Assembly: GCA_902799655.1 (NCBI GenBank) | Contig: CADCBH010000009.1 | Coordinates: 3,619-67,618 of the forward strand | DNA length: 64,000 nt | Source of the DNA: an uncultured Bacteroidales bacterium | GTDB lineage: Bacteria > Bacteroidota > Bacteroidia > Bacteroidales > Bacteroidaceae | Reading direction: 5' to 3' | Shown here: positions 9,797-19,226 of the stretch, in pieces | Numbering within the stretch: the stretch's first letter is position 1 | Layout: every line of letters begins with the position of its first letter | Notes under the pieces: generated by a model | What the model saw: only the letters and a program-made list of their open reading frames with translations | The model's database searches: none | What the model was told of the DNA's origin: nothing | Position numbers and translations under genes: made by a program

Positions 9797-10128
9797 TTCT
9801 TAAGCAGTTCGTCAATGCGTTCGATATAGTCGAGCGAGTCGTCGATAAAGAAACGCAGCTCGGGGATAATACGCATCTGATGACGGATACGAGTACCCAG
9901 CTCATAGCGTATCTGCTTCTCATTGCGAGTGATGTTCTGAATCAGTTCCTCACCACGCTCTGAGGGGAAGATGCTCAGATAGGCCGTACAGATGCTCAAA
10001 TCGGGAGATATCTTGGTACGCGTCACACTGATCATCACACCGTGCATAGCACGCGTCTGCTCCTGAAAGATCAGAGAGAGTTCTTTCTGGAGCATACGGG
10101 CTATCTTGTTTTGTCTTGTCTCTTGCAT
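9793..10128 (-). CDS. rbfA: Ribosome-binding factor A
   Basis: RQNKIARMLQKELS, IPELRFFIDDSLDY. Confidence 0.96.
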   Translation of the reverse strand: MQETRQNKIARMLQKELSLIFQEQTRAMHGVMISVTRTKISPDLSICTAYLSIFPSERGEELIQNITRNEKQIRYELGTRIRHQMRIIPELRFFIDDSLDYIERIDELLKK

Positions 10129-10131
10129 ATC

Positions 10132-10887
10132 TTATTTCTTGGTATCTTGTTTGGCTTCCTCAATGTCCAACACCTCTACGTCGAAGACGAGTGTACTGAA
10201 GGCAGGAATAGAACCAGTGGCGCGACCACCATAAGCCAGTTCCTGAGGAATAAACAGCTGCCACTTTGAGCCGACGGGCATCATACACAGCGCCTCAGTC
10301 CAACCCTTGATGACCTGATTGGGCGAGAAAGTGATGGGGTCACCGCCATGTTTGTCAGTAGAGTCAAACACAGTGCCGTCAATCAGACGACCCTCGTACT
10401 TCACCTTTACCTTATCGGTGGCTTTGGCGATAGCACCATCACCCTGTTTCAGCACCTTATATTGCAAACCGCTGGGCAACACGATGACACCTTCTTTCGT
10501 GGCGTTCTCCTTCAGGAAGTCTACGCCAGCCTTCTTCAGCTTCTCCTCCTTGGCTTTACGGATATCAGCCACACGCTTGCCGAGAAAAGACTCAGCCTGC
10601 TGGTGCTTGAAGAGTGTAGTATCGCCATACAGCGCATCGTACAGGCCTTTGTAAGCCAGATGCATCTGCAGCGAATCATTAGAGTCCTTGACCTCCTTCT
10701 CCAAGCCACCGAGGAAACGGTCGCGCACGATGTCGGCCAATACATAGCCGGCAGCATAGCTCAGCGAGTCACTACCAGTGACTAACTGGATGGCATTTTT
10801 GGCCTTTTTATTCTTTTTGGCGGCCTGAATAGAAGACAAAGAAGCACCCGCCACGAAGGCGAGTGCTACTATGATGAGCTTTTTCAT
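10132..10887 (-). CDS. FKBP-type PPIase (exported)
   Basis: LPSGLQYKVL, VKYEGRLIDGTVFDS, VIKGWTEAL. Confidence 0.92.
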   Translation of the reverse strand: MKKLIIVALAFVAGASLSSIQAAKKNKKAKNAIQLVTGSDSLSYAAGYVLADIVRDRFLGGLEKEVKDSNDSLQMHLAYKGLYDALYGDTTLFKHQQAESFLGKRVADIRKAKEEKLKKAGVDFLKENATKEGVIVLPSGLQYKVLKQGDGAIAKATDKVKVKYEGRLIDGTVFDSTDKHGGDPITFSPNQVIKGWTEALCMMPVGSKWQLFIPQELAYGGRATGSIPAFSTLVFDVEVLDIEEAKQDTKK

Positions 10888-11768
10888 TACTTTTTAGGAT
10901 CTACTTCGAGGAGTTCAATCTTGAAGATGAGCATAGAGAAAGGCTTGATATCAGCACCCTGCTGACGCTCGCCATAAGCCAGCTCCTGAGGAATATAAAC
11001 CTCCCAAGTAGAACCGGCAGGCATCTGCTGCAGAGCCTCTGACCAGCCCTTGATGACCTGGTTGGCACGGAACTCGGCGGCCTGACCACGCTTGTAGCTG
11101 CTGTCGAACACCTTACCATCGAGGGTCTTACCCTCGTAGTTCACCTTCACGAGAGAGGTATCCTTAGGCATAGCGCCCTTTCCTTCCTTGATAATCTTAT
11201 ACTGAACACCGCTGGGCAGAGTAACAATACCTTCCTTCTTGGCGTTCTCCTTCAAGAAATCCTCACCGGCTTTCTTGTTAGGACCAAACTCCTTCTCCAG
11301 AACCTTGGCCTTGATGCTGCGCATCATCTCCTGGGCAACCATCTGAGCAGAGTCAACAGTCATCAGACCACCCTTGCCAGTAGTACCACTGACGAAGCCT
11401 GCCATAAAGTTCTTCAGCGAGATGGTCTTGGTTGAGTCGTCACCAAACAGCTCATGGTTGATACCCTTTACCATCTGGTTAGAAATCTGCTGACCAATCT
11501 GCACACCTGCATAGTAAGCGGCCTTCTTCTTGTCATCACCTGCGTTGGCACCTTCGTTCAAGCCCTTAATGAACTCATCCATATAGGCTGTATCAACACC
11601 CAGACGACCTACGAGATAATCTTTCAGACCCTGTGTCTGAGCCATACCGATGGCGTAGCTGACAGAGTCGATGTCACTCTTCAGGTTTGCCTTTGGAGTG
11701 CCATTGCCGCAAGAATACATCATGATACCTGCGACTGCTGCAATAGCAGCAAATGTAAACTTCTTCAT
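10887..11768 (-). CDS. FKBP-type PPIase (lipoprotein)
   Basis: Lipobox MYSC; YEGKTLDGKVFDSS, VIKGWSEAL. Confidence 0.92.
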   Translation of the reverse strand: MKKFTFAAIAAVAGIMMYSCGNGTPKANLKSDIDSVSYAIGMAQTQGLKDYLVGRLGVDTAYMDEFIKGLNEGANAGDDKKKAAYYAGVQIGQQISNQMVKGINHELFGDDSTKTISLKNFMAGFVSGTTGKGGLMTVDSAQMVAQEMMRSIKAKVLEKEFGPNKKAGEDFLKENAKKEGIVTLPSGVQYKIIKEGKGAMPKDTSLVKVNYEGKTLDGKVFDSSYKRGQAAEFRANQVIKGWSEALQQMPAGSTWEVYIPQELAYGERQQGADIKPFSMLIFKIELLEVDPKK

Positions 11769-11783
11769 TGTTTTTTCTTTTTT

Positions 11784-11823
11784 TATTTCGATATTTCGAT
11801 GTTTCGATGTTTCGATGTTTCGA
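11784..11823 (-). repeat. TCGA-core 8-bp tandem array (5 units)
   Basis: Minus strand: TCGAAACA x3, TCGAAATA x2. Confidence 0.9.
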
Positions 11824-11832
11824 GCCTTGGAA

Positions 11833-12438
11833 TTACATCACTTCAATCAGCTCTACATCAAAGATGAGGGCTGCAAAGGGAGGAATAGCAGCACCGGCAC
11901 CACCCTCGCCGTATGCCAGACGATAGGGGATGAAGAATCGATACTTAGCACCCTCCTGCATCAGCTGCAGACCTTCCGTCCAACCAGCAATTACCTGCTG
12001 AAGACCGAATACGGCGGGTTCGCCACGCTGTACACTGCTGTCGAATACGGTACCATCGATGAGGAAACCCTCATAGTGGCACTTAACCGAATCCTTGGCA
12101 GAAGGTTTCTTACCGTTACCCTCTTTCAACACCTGGTACTGCAAGCCACTGGGCAATGTGATGACACCATCTTTCTTGCTATTCTCGGCCAGATATTTCT
12201 CACCAGCCTCCTTATGGGCCTTACCGGCCTCTGCGCGCTGTGCGCTGATCTTCTGTTCCTGACGGGCAAAGAAATCCTGAACAATCTGCTGAGCCTCACT
12301 GCTCTTTATCTTTAACTCACTGCCTGCCAATACATCCTTGACAGCCTGAGCAAAATCATCGATATTGAGTTCTGAGCCACCCATGTTTGCCAACTGATGA
12401 CCGATACCAATACCTAATGCGTAACTAACTTTATCCAT
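11833..12438 (-). CDS. FKBP-type PPIase (cytoplasmic)
   Basis: MDKVSYALG, CHYEGFLIDGTVFDSS, VIAGWTEGL. Confidence 0.93.
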   Translation of the reverse strand: MDKVSYALGIGIGHQLANMGGSELNIDDFAQAVKDVLAGSELKIKSSEAQQIVQDFFARQEQKISAQRAEAGKAHKEAGEKYLAENSKKDGVITLPSGLQYQVLKEGNGKKPSAKDSVKCHYEGFLIDGTVFDSSVQRGEPAVFGLQQVIAGWTEGLQLMQEGAKYRFFIPYRLAYGEGGAGAAIPPFAALIFDVELIEVM

Positions 12439-12469
12439 ATTTTATACCTTATTATTAATAAATCGGCTG

Positions 12470-12529
12470 CAAAGGTACGAATAAATCATAATTCATAACG
12501 CATAATTCATAATAATTTTTGTATCTTTG
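12470..12529. promoter_or_regulatory. Divergent -7 boxes with 7-bp ATAAWTC array between them
   Basis: TACCTTTG on minus (12470-12477), TATCTTTG on plus (12522-12529); ATAAATC ATAATTC ATAACGC ATAATTC ATAAT at 12481-12513. Confidence 0.7.
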
Positions 12530-12558
12530 CATCAAATTAACAAAAAACCTTTTTGTAT

Positions 12559-13251
12559 ATGAAGAAAATTGTTGTATTAACTGGTGCTGGAATGTCGGTA
12601 GAGAGCGGATTAAAGACTTTCCGCGATGCCGACGGACTTTGGGAAGAGTATCCTGTACAGCAGGTAGCAACCCATGAGGGCTGGCTGGCCAATCCTACCT
12701 TAGTGACCAACTTCTATAACATGCTGCGCAAGAAGTGCTGGGGCGTACAGCCCAACGAAGGGCACCGTCTGGTAGCGGCTTTGGAGGAGAAATACGATGT
12801 GACGGTAGTCACTCAGAATGTTGACAACCTGCATGAGATGGCAGGCTCGTCGAAGGTCATCCACCTACATGGCGAACTGATGAAGGTCTGCTCAAGTAAC
12901 GATCCCGATGATCCTCGTTACCAGCAACTGCTGACACCCGATAACTGTGAGGTCGTCCCTGGGACCAAAGCAGGCGACGGTTCATTGCTACGTCCCTTCA
13001 TCGTCTTCTTTGGCGAGGCAGTACCTATGATTACTGTAGCTGCCGAAGCATGCCAGGAGGCCGACATCTTCATCATCATTGGCACGTCACTGGCTGTCTA
13101 CCCTGCAGCAGGTCTTATTCATTACGTACGTCCGGGTGTTCCCGTCTACCTCATTGACCCAAATCCGGTCAGTGCCGGCAGCCGTAACATCACACAAATT
13201 CAGAAAGGCGCATCAGCAGGTATGCGCGAACTGACAGAGCTGCTGAAATAA
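12559..13251 (+). CDS. cobB: NAD-dependent protein deacylase (sirtuin)
   Basis: LTGAGMSVESG, TQNVDNLHE, HLHGEL, GTSLAVYPAAG; ATG start 12559. Confidence 0.93.
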   Translation: MKKIVVLTGAGMSVESGLKTFRDADGLWEEYPVQQVATHEGWLANPTLVTNFYNMLRKKCWGVQPNEGHRLVAALEEKYDVTVVTQNVDNLHEMAGSSKVIHLHGELMKVCSSNDPDDPRYQQLLTPDNCEVVPGTKAGDGSLLRPFIVFFGEAVPMITVAAEACQEADIFIIIGTSLAVYPAAGLIHYVRPGVPVYLIDPNPVSAGSRNITQIQKGASAGMRELTELLK

Positions 13252-13334
13252 CAAAAAAACAGGGAAGCAATCTTCACAGACAGCTTCCCTACGAGGAAAA
13301 TGATAAATATAGATTAAAATTACTAGTTGTGTGC
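13252..13334 (-). ncRNA. Candidate ~80-nt small RNA
   Basis: -7 box TACCTTTG on minus (13339-13346), no ATG, terminator AGGGAAGC...GCTTCCCT (13261-13290) plus 7 U on minus. Confidence 0.45.
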
Positions 13335-13444
13335 ACTGCAAAGGTAGGAAGAATTTTCTTATCTTGTACCTAAAAAAGGAAGAAAAATTCCAGTATTCAC
13401 ACGATTTAACAATTTAGTCGGCAATTTTGTCGACTTAATACACA

Positions 13445-15025
13445 TTATTGCCCAATTGTGCATTTTTTTAAGATTTCATTATACACTCCTTCCGTGTTCA
13501 AAACACGTTCGGCTTCGCGCAATGTCTTGTCCGTTCGCAATCCAATCTGCATCTGTCCTGCCTGAAAATAGTATGCCGATACAATATCTTGTTCCAGCAT
13601 CTGACGAATTTCATTGCGATGCGCATCTAGGTCACGCGACAAGTCGTGGTGGTCGATTTTCTGTTTCAGTGCCTCAAACTCATCGCGGGCATCGTCGTAA
13701 TAACCCTCGAACTTGGCAGCACGTACCAGTTCCTCAAACTGTTTCTTGCTAACCTGGTCATACGTGAAGCCAGACTTGATGACACGCTGCTTGAAATTCT
13801 CGTAGTCGGCATCTGTCAGGTGGAAATCCTTAGCAGGCGTCAGCGTATGATGTTTGGCAATATAGTCAACCACATAGTCGAACATCACCTCTGTAGAATC
13901 GTAGCGGTCCAGATAGAGCGTCACATTGGCCATCGTATCGGGCTTCACCTCGATGTCGGGCTTAATGCCCTCCTTCATCTTAATGCCACGACCACTGGGC
14001 AGATAGTAGCGCGATGTGGTCAGCTTCAGATTGGCATTATAGGGCAGTTCGACATTGGGAACCTGCACCAAACCCTTACCGAAAGTGCGCGTACCTATTA
14101 TTATACCACGTTTCAGATCCTGCAGCGCACCGCAGGTAATCTCCGAGGCCGAGGCAGTCTCACCATTAACCAATACCACCAAGGGCATCACCGTATCAAT
14201 CGGTTCCAGACGCGTCTTATACTCCGAGCCGGCACGCTTCATCTTCCCTTTTGTCTCTACAATCTTCGTATCCTTAGGCAGCCACATATTCAGAATATCG
14301 ACACACTCTGACAGTGAACCGCCACCATTACCGCGCAGGTCAAGCACCAGTTTGGTGGCACCCTGCTTTTTCAGATCGAGGAAAGCACGGCGCATAGCCT
14401 TGGCTGGCTCACCTGTGAAAGAGTTCAAACAAATGTAACCTACACTCTGGGGACGCATACCATAATAGGTAATCTCAGGCATTTTGATATTTCGACGCGT
14501 AATCTTAAAGTCCATCTTCTTACCGGTCGACGGACGCAGAATCTTCAGCACAAACGTCGTTCCAGCCTCACCACGCAGGTGACTACTGACATAGCTCACA
14601 TTCTTATCAGTCATCACCGTATCGTCAATCTGCAGAATCACGTCGCCTTTCTTCAGACCGACCTCAGCAGACGGCATACCCTCGTAAGGCTCGTCAATCA
14701 CGACACGCTTCAGCTTCTGGTGGTAACGCACCAGCGCGCCGATGCCTGCATACTTACCCGTCAGCATTGTTTTCAGATCCTTTTGCTGCTCTTCGGGATA
14801 GTATTCCGTATAAGGATCCAGCGAGTGGAGCATGGCCTTAATTCCTGTACCAATGACCTTGTTGGCATCCAGCGTGTCAACATACATCATGTCAAGGTTC
14901 TTATAAAGGGCATTGAAGATATCCAGATTCTTGGCTACCTCCAGATTATGGTTCCGGGCCTCTTGAGCGTGAGCAGTCACGGCAGTCACAACACACAGTG
15001 CGATATACAATAATGTTCGTTTCAT
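13445..15025 (-). CDS. S41 family C-terminal processing peptidase
   Basis: PDZ domain, LDLRGNGGGSL, TASASEI, GTRTFGKGLVQ; start moved to ATG 15025 (downstream of -7 box at 15052-15059). Confidence 0.92.
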   Translation of the reverse strand: MKRTLLYIALCVVTAVTAHAQEARNHNLEVAKNLDIFNALYKNLDMMYVDTLDANKVIGTGIKAMLHSLDPYTEYYPEEQQKDLKTMLTGKYAGIGALVRYHQKLKRVVIDEPYEGMPSAEVGLKKGDVILQIDDTVMTDKNVSYVSSHLRGEAGTTFVLKILRPSTGKKMDFKITRRNIKMPEITYYGMRPQSVGYICLNSFTGEPAKAMRRAFLDLKKQGATKLVLDLRGNGGGSLSECVDILNMWLPKDTKIVETKGKMKRAGSEYKTRLEPIDTVMPLVVLVNGETASASEITCGALQDLKRGIIIGTRTFGKGLVQVPNVELPYNANLKLTTSRYYLPSGRGIKMKEGIKPDIEVKPDTMANVTLYLDRYDSTEVMFDYVVDYIAKHHTLTPAKDFHLTDADYENFKQRVIKSGFTYDQVSKKQFEELVRAAKFEGYYDDARDEFEALKQKIDHHDLSRDLDAHRNEIRQMLEQDIVSAYYFQAGQMQIGLRTDKTLREAERVLNTEGVYNEILKKCTIGQ

Positions 15026-15151
15026 CAGCTGTAATTCGTTATTTGACCCTGCAAAATTACAAAAAAATACCGTTTCCATGAATTTTTTTCTAAAAAAGTT
15101 TGCGCAATTCAGAAAAACATATTACCTTTGCACCCGCAATTCAGCAAAACT

Positions 15152-15225
15152 GCTTCAGTAGCTCAGTTGGTTAGAGCACCTGACTGTTAATCAGGGGGTC
15201 GTTGGTTCAAGCCCATCCTGAAGCG
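15152..15225 (+). tRNA. tRNA-Asn(GTT)
   Basis: Acceptor GCTTCAG/CTGAAGC, anticodon arm CCTGA-CTGTTAA-TCAGG, GGTTCAAGCC T-loop; -7 box TACCTTTG at 15123-15130. Confidence 0.95.
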
Positions 15226-15234
15226 CGAAAAAGC

Positions 15235-15264
15235 AAGGAGTTAGAAAATTCTAGCTCCTTTTTT
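15235..15264 (+). terminator. tRNA terminator
   Basis: AAGGAGTTAGAA/TTCTAGCTCCTT stem plus T-run. Confidence 0.8.
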
Positions 15265-15336
15265 CGTGTTCTTACCCAAAATATTTGCAACATCAGATAC
15301 TTTTTCGTATCTTTGCCACCAAATTATAATACTACT

Positions 15337-15642
15337 ATGGAAGTAATTATCGAGCAACTCGAAGAACAGATGATTGTTACCCTCAAAGGTGACTTAGACA
15401 CTGCCGTCAGCATGGAGGTAGAAAAGAAGATGGAACCCGTATTCAATTGTTTCGACTCAGACCTTATTATTGACTGTGCCGAACTGACCTATATTTCATC
15501 CAGTGGACTGCGCATCCTGTTGACCATATATAAGCATATGCACGAGATAGGCCGACAAGCCACATTGCGCCATCTGAGTGAAGATGTCAGTGACGTGTTG
15601 ACCATCGGCGGCGTCCTGCAACTATTCCAAGTAGAGCCATGA
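15337..15642 (+). CDS. STAS-domain anti-sigma-factor antagonist
   Basis: LKGDLDT, IDCAELTYISSSGLR phospho-Ser motif; ATG 15337 downstream of -7 box 15308-15315. Confidence 0.88.
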   Translation: MEVIIEQLEEQMIVTLKGDLDTAVSMEVEKKMEPVFNCFDSDLIIDCAELTYISSSGLRILLTIYKHMHEIGRQATLRHLSEDVSDVLTIGGVLQLFQVEP

Positions 15643-17981
15643 AACCGTTCTCCAAGCGTCTTACCGATCGTATCATGATGGTTGTAGTACTGTCAACAGT
15701 ACTCATGACCGTTGCCCTGTTTATGGTAGCGGGCAGCCAAATGAACCATCATACCGGTGCATTCATCCAAAGTTTGATGGACACTGAGAACGAAACGATT
15801 AGTAAGATGCTTACTAGCGTGGAGGTGGCACTCATCAATAGCGCCGATGAGATTGAGAACAACATCGATAGTCCCGAAAGCGTACTGGAATCCCTAAAAG
15901 ACGAACTGAAGTGTAATAGGCACATCGAAGCATTCTTTGCAGCCTTTGAGCCCTATCACTTTCCGAAGCAGGGACGCTGGTTTCAACCCTATGCCGTTTG
16001 GCAAGGCGACAGTATCGCTAAAATGCAAATCGGCTCAGACAAAAATAACTATCTGGCTCGCGAGTGGTACAACCAAGCCTTTAAAAATGACAGCGGCTAT
16101 TGGTCGGAGCCCTATATCGATGAAACTAATCTTAAAGAAAAGAATATCCTTTGTTCTTTCCTCTTACCATTACACGACAAAAGCGGACGCAAGATAGGTG
16201 TCGTGGGGGCCGACATCTCTATCGACTGGCTATACGAGAACATGCTCGAGATAGATGCAAAGACTAACGAAACCAGAATCAATCTCAAGCATTTATTTCT
16301 AGACAATAAAAAAGAACAATGGTATGGCTTTATCGTGGGTAAGAAAGGAACGTATATTACACACCCCGACAAGAGCCGTATACTCAGAGACAACTTCTAT
16401 GGCATTGCACGTCGCTCCGCTGACACCCGTGATGACCATCTGGCACGCCACATGGCTAACAGGCAGCGTGGTATGGAGCAGGTAGAGATTGACGGCATCG
16501 AGGCCTATGTCTTCTACTCTCCCGTCAAACATACGGGATGGTCGATCGCTATCGTTGTACCGAAGTTGTCGTTCTACGATGCCTCCATTTCCATCTGTCT
16601 GCATATCATCCCCGTCATGCTACTGGGTCTTTTTGCTGTATATTTTATTTGCCGCATCACCATTCACCGCGCCACACGCCCACTGGAATTCCTGGCTAAG
16701 AGTGCTGACGAGGTGGCAAAAGGCAACTTCAAAGCCCCACTGCCCACACTGCGCGACGACGATGAATTGCAGTTGCTGCGCGACTCCTTTGCCAATATGC
16801 AACAGTCGCTATCAGGATATATCGAGGAGCTAAAGACAACAACGGCCCAGAAAGCCTCTATGGAGCACGAGCTGAACATTGCGCATCGCATACAAATGGC
16901 CATGCTGCCCACCGACTTCCCGCATCACGGTGAGATCAATATCCATACTAGTCTGACACCAGCCAAAGCGGTAGGCGGCGACCTCTACGACTTCTTCATC
17001 CGCGACGGCTACCTATTTTTCTGTATCGGTGATGTTTCCGGAAAAGGTATGCCAGCAGCGCTGATGATGACTGTCACGCGCAGCATGTTCCGTTCCTATT
17101 CCCTCCACGGCATTCAGCTGCCCCACCAGATCATTACGCAGATGAACGAGGTTATGAGCGAGCACAACGAGTCGTGTATGTTCTCTACCCTCTTCGTCGG
17201 TATGCTCAATCTGGCTACCGGCCATCTTCAGTATTGCTCGGCAGGCCATGAGCCTCCACTGTTGATTGCCGACAGTGTCAGTCGCGTGCCCATCGTGCCA
17301 AACGTACCCGTCGGTGCTTTGCCAGGCACCACCTATCAGCTGCAGGAGCTACAGATGACGCCCAACAGCGTATTGTTCCTTTTCACCGATGGTGTCAACG
17401 AAGCCAGGAACAACGACAACCTGCTGCTGGGTCGCGACACCGTCTACGAAATAGCACAGCAGGCACTAGCCGACAACCAATATGCACCACAACCCCTTAT
17501 CGAGCGCATGCAAAAGACCATTGCCGACTTTGTGGGTGATGCAGAACAGAGCGACGACCTCACCATGCTCGCTGTCCAGTGGCTCACACCTCATGACTTT
17601 ACGCTCTCTAGCATCGATGAGATTCCTTATTTAAGCAACTTTGTCATGAACACTGCCAACAGCGCCGGCTTAGACCGCCGCAACAGCATGCACCTACGAC
17701 TGGCTATCGAGGAAGCCGTGGTGAATGTCATCAAATATAGTGGTGCACCCGATGTCACCGTCACAGCCACCGTCAACAACGATCAACTGCAGATCACGAT
17801 CAGCGATACCGGCAAGCCCTTCGACCCCACAGCCGCTCCAGCTGCAGATATCAACATACCGGCTGAAAAGCGTCCTATCGGTGGTCTCGGCATTCACTAT
17901 ATCCGTCGTATGTGCGACCATGTGGACTACTGCTACAAAGACAGCCGCAACATACTGACCCTCTACAAGAACATCAGGTAA
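15639..17981 (+). CDS. dCache-HAMP-SpoIIE(PP2C) phosphatase fused to RsbW-like HATPase
   Basis: Two TMs around Cache domain (YWSEPYID), HAMP (DELQLLRDSFANM), PP2C (VGGDLYD, IGDVSGKG, FTDGVNEA, QSDDLTML), kinase (EEAVVNVIKY, ISDTGKPFDP, GGLGI). Confidence 0.88.
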   Translation: MKPFSKRLTDRIMMVVVLSTVLMTVALFMVAGSQMNHHTGAFIQSLMDTENETISKMLTSVEVALINSADEIENNIDSPESVLESLKDELKCNRHIEAFFAAFEPYHFPKQGRWFQPYAVWQGDSIAKMQIGSDKNNYLAREWYNQAFKNDSGYWSEPYIDETNLKEKNILCSFLLPLHDKSGRKIGVVGADISIDWLYENMLEIDAKTNETRINLKHLFLDNKKEQWYGFIVGKKGTYITHPDKSRILRDNFYGIARRSADTRDDHLARHMANRQRGMEQVEIDGIEAYVFYSPVKHTGWSIAIVVPKLSFYDASISICLHIIPVMLLGLFAVYFICRITIHRATRPLEFLAKSADEVAKGNFKAPLPTLRDDDELQLLRDSFANMQQSLSGYIEELKTTTAQKASMEHELNIAHRIQMAMLPTDFPHHGEINIHTSLTPAKAVGGDLYDFFIRDGYLFFCIGDVSGKGMPAALMMTVTRSMFRSYSLHGIQLPHQIITQMNEVMSEHNESCMFSTLFVGMLNLATGHLQYCSAGHEPPLLIADSVSRVPIVPNVPVGALPGTTYQLQELQMTPNSVLFLFTDGVNEARNNDNLLLGRDTVYEIAQQALADNQYAPQPLIERMQKTIADFVGDAEQSDDLTMLAVQWLTPHDFTLSSIDEIPYLSNFVMNTANSAGLDRRNSMHLRLAIEEAVVNVIKYSGAPDVTVTATVNNDQLQITISDTGKPFDPTAAPAADINIPAEKRPIGGLGIHYIRRMCDHVDYCYKDSRNILTLYKNIR

Positions 17982-18179
17982 CGGCGCCGCCCTGCTCTTC
18001 AAGATATTTGCAACACACACTTTGCATTTTTGCCTCCTCAAAGAACAGGAAGCGGAATGGAATGCTAAAAACCGTGAAAAGGCGGCATTAATTTCCGTGT
18101 ACATGTTTGTTATTTCATTTTTAATCTCTATCTTTGTAGTCAGTTTATAGTTTTTAACTCATTAATAAGGTAAACAATT

Positions 18180-19112
18180 ATGGTAAATTACAAGGATTTG
18201 GGTCTCGTAAATACCCGCGAGATGTTTAAGAGAGCAGTAGCCGGTGGCTATGCTATCCCCGCTTTCAACTTCAAAAGTCACCCGTTATCATGCAGGTGTC
18301 TAAGGGTGCTCGCAACTATGCCAACGCTACCATCCTGCGCTATATGGCCGAGGGTGCTGTGGCTTATGCTAAGGAGCTGGGCTGCGCTCATCCTGAGATC
18401 GTTCTGCACCTTGACCATGGTGACAGCTTCGAGCTCTGCAAGGATTGTATCGACATGGGCTTCTCTTCAGTGATGATCGACGGTTCTCACCTCCCCTACG
18501 AGGAGAACGTTGCACTGGCCAAGAAGGTTGTTGAGTACGCTCACCAGTTCGACGTAACCGTTGAGGCTGAGCTTGGTGTGCTCGCTGGTGTTGAGGATGA
18601 GGTCAGCGCTGCTGAGTCTCACTATACCAAGCCCGAGGAGGTTATCGATTTCGCTACCCGCACAGGTTGCGACTCACTGGCTATCTCTATCGGTACTTCT
18701 CACGGTGCTCACAAGTTCACTCCCGCTCAGTGCACATTGGTGAACGGTGTACTCGTTCCGCCTCCCTTGGCATTCGATATCCTGCACGAGATTGAGAAGA
18801 AGCTCCCTGGCTTCCCCATCGTGCTCCACGGTTCTTCTTCAGTTCCTATGGACGAGGTGAACACCATCAACCAGTTCGGTGGCAAGCTCGAGGCCGCTAT
18901 CGGTATCCCCGAAGAGCAGCTGCGTGAGGCTTCTAAGAGCGCTGTCTGCAAGATCAACATCGACTCTGACTCACGTCTGGCCATGACCGCTGCTATCCGC
19001 AAGCACCTGGCTGAGCATCCTGGAGACTTCGATCCTCGTCAGTATCTGAAGCCCGCTCGTGAGAACATGAAGAAGATGTACCGGTTCTGACGGTAAGCTC
19101 GCTCAGTGCTAA
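18180..19112 (+). pseudogene. fba: Class II fructose-bisphosphate aldolase with two frameshifting internal deletions
   Basis: HLDHG, SVMIDGS, GTSHG, VLHG, KINIDSD intact; frame breaks at 18274/5 (FNF|KSPVIM) and 19081/2 (KKMY|GSDGKLAQC*). Real or assembly artefact unresolved. Confidence 0.8.
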
Positions 19113-19130
19113 ATAATAAAGCATCCAATA

Positions 19131-19164
19131 ATAAAGGCTTTCCAATTCTTTGGAAAGCCTTTAT
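19131..19164. terminator. Bidirectional terminator
   Basis: ATAAAGGCTTTCCAA-TTCT-TTGGAAAGCCTTTAT between convergent genes. Confidence 0.85.
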
Positions 19165-19171
19165 TTTATGT

Positions 19172-19207
19172 TCGAAACTTCGATATTTCGATATTTCGAA
19201 GTTTCGA
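19172..19207 (-). repeat. TCGA-core 8-bp tandem array (5 units)
   Basis: TCGA at 19172, 19180, 19188, 19196, 19204. Confidence 0.85.
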
Positions 19208-19226
19208 AATTTACGCTGCTTTGAAA

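Noticed and set aside
6024-12438. Triplicated ompH and FKBP genes as a novelty
   Set aside because: Tandem paralogs at these loci are usual in Bacteroidales.
15152-18100. Integrative element at tRNA-Asn
   Set aside because: No integrase and no duplicated tRNA 3' end; only a weak 12-bp repeat, reported separately.
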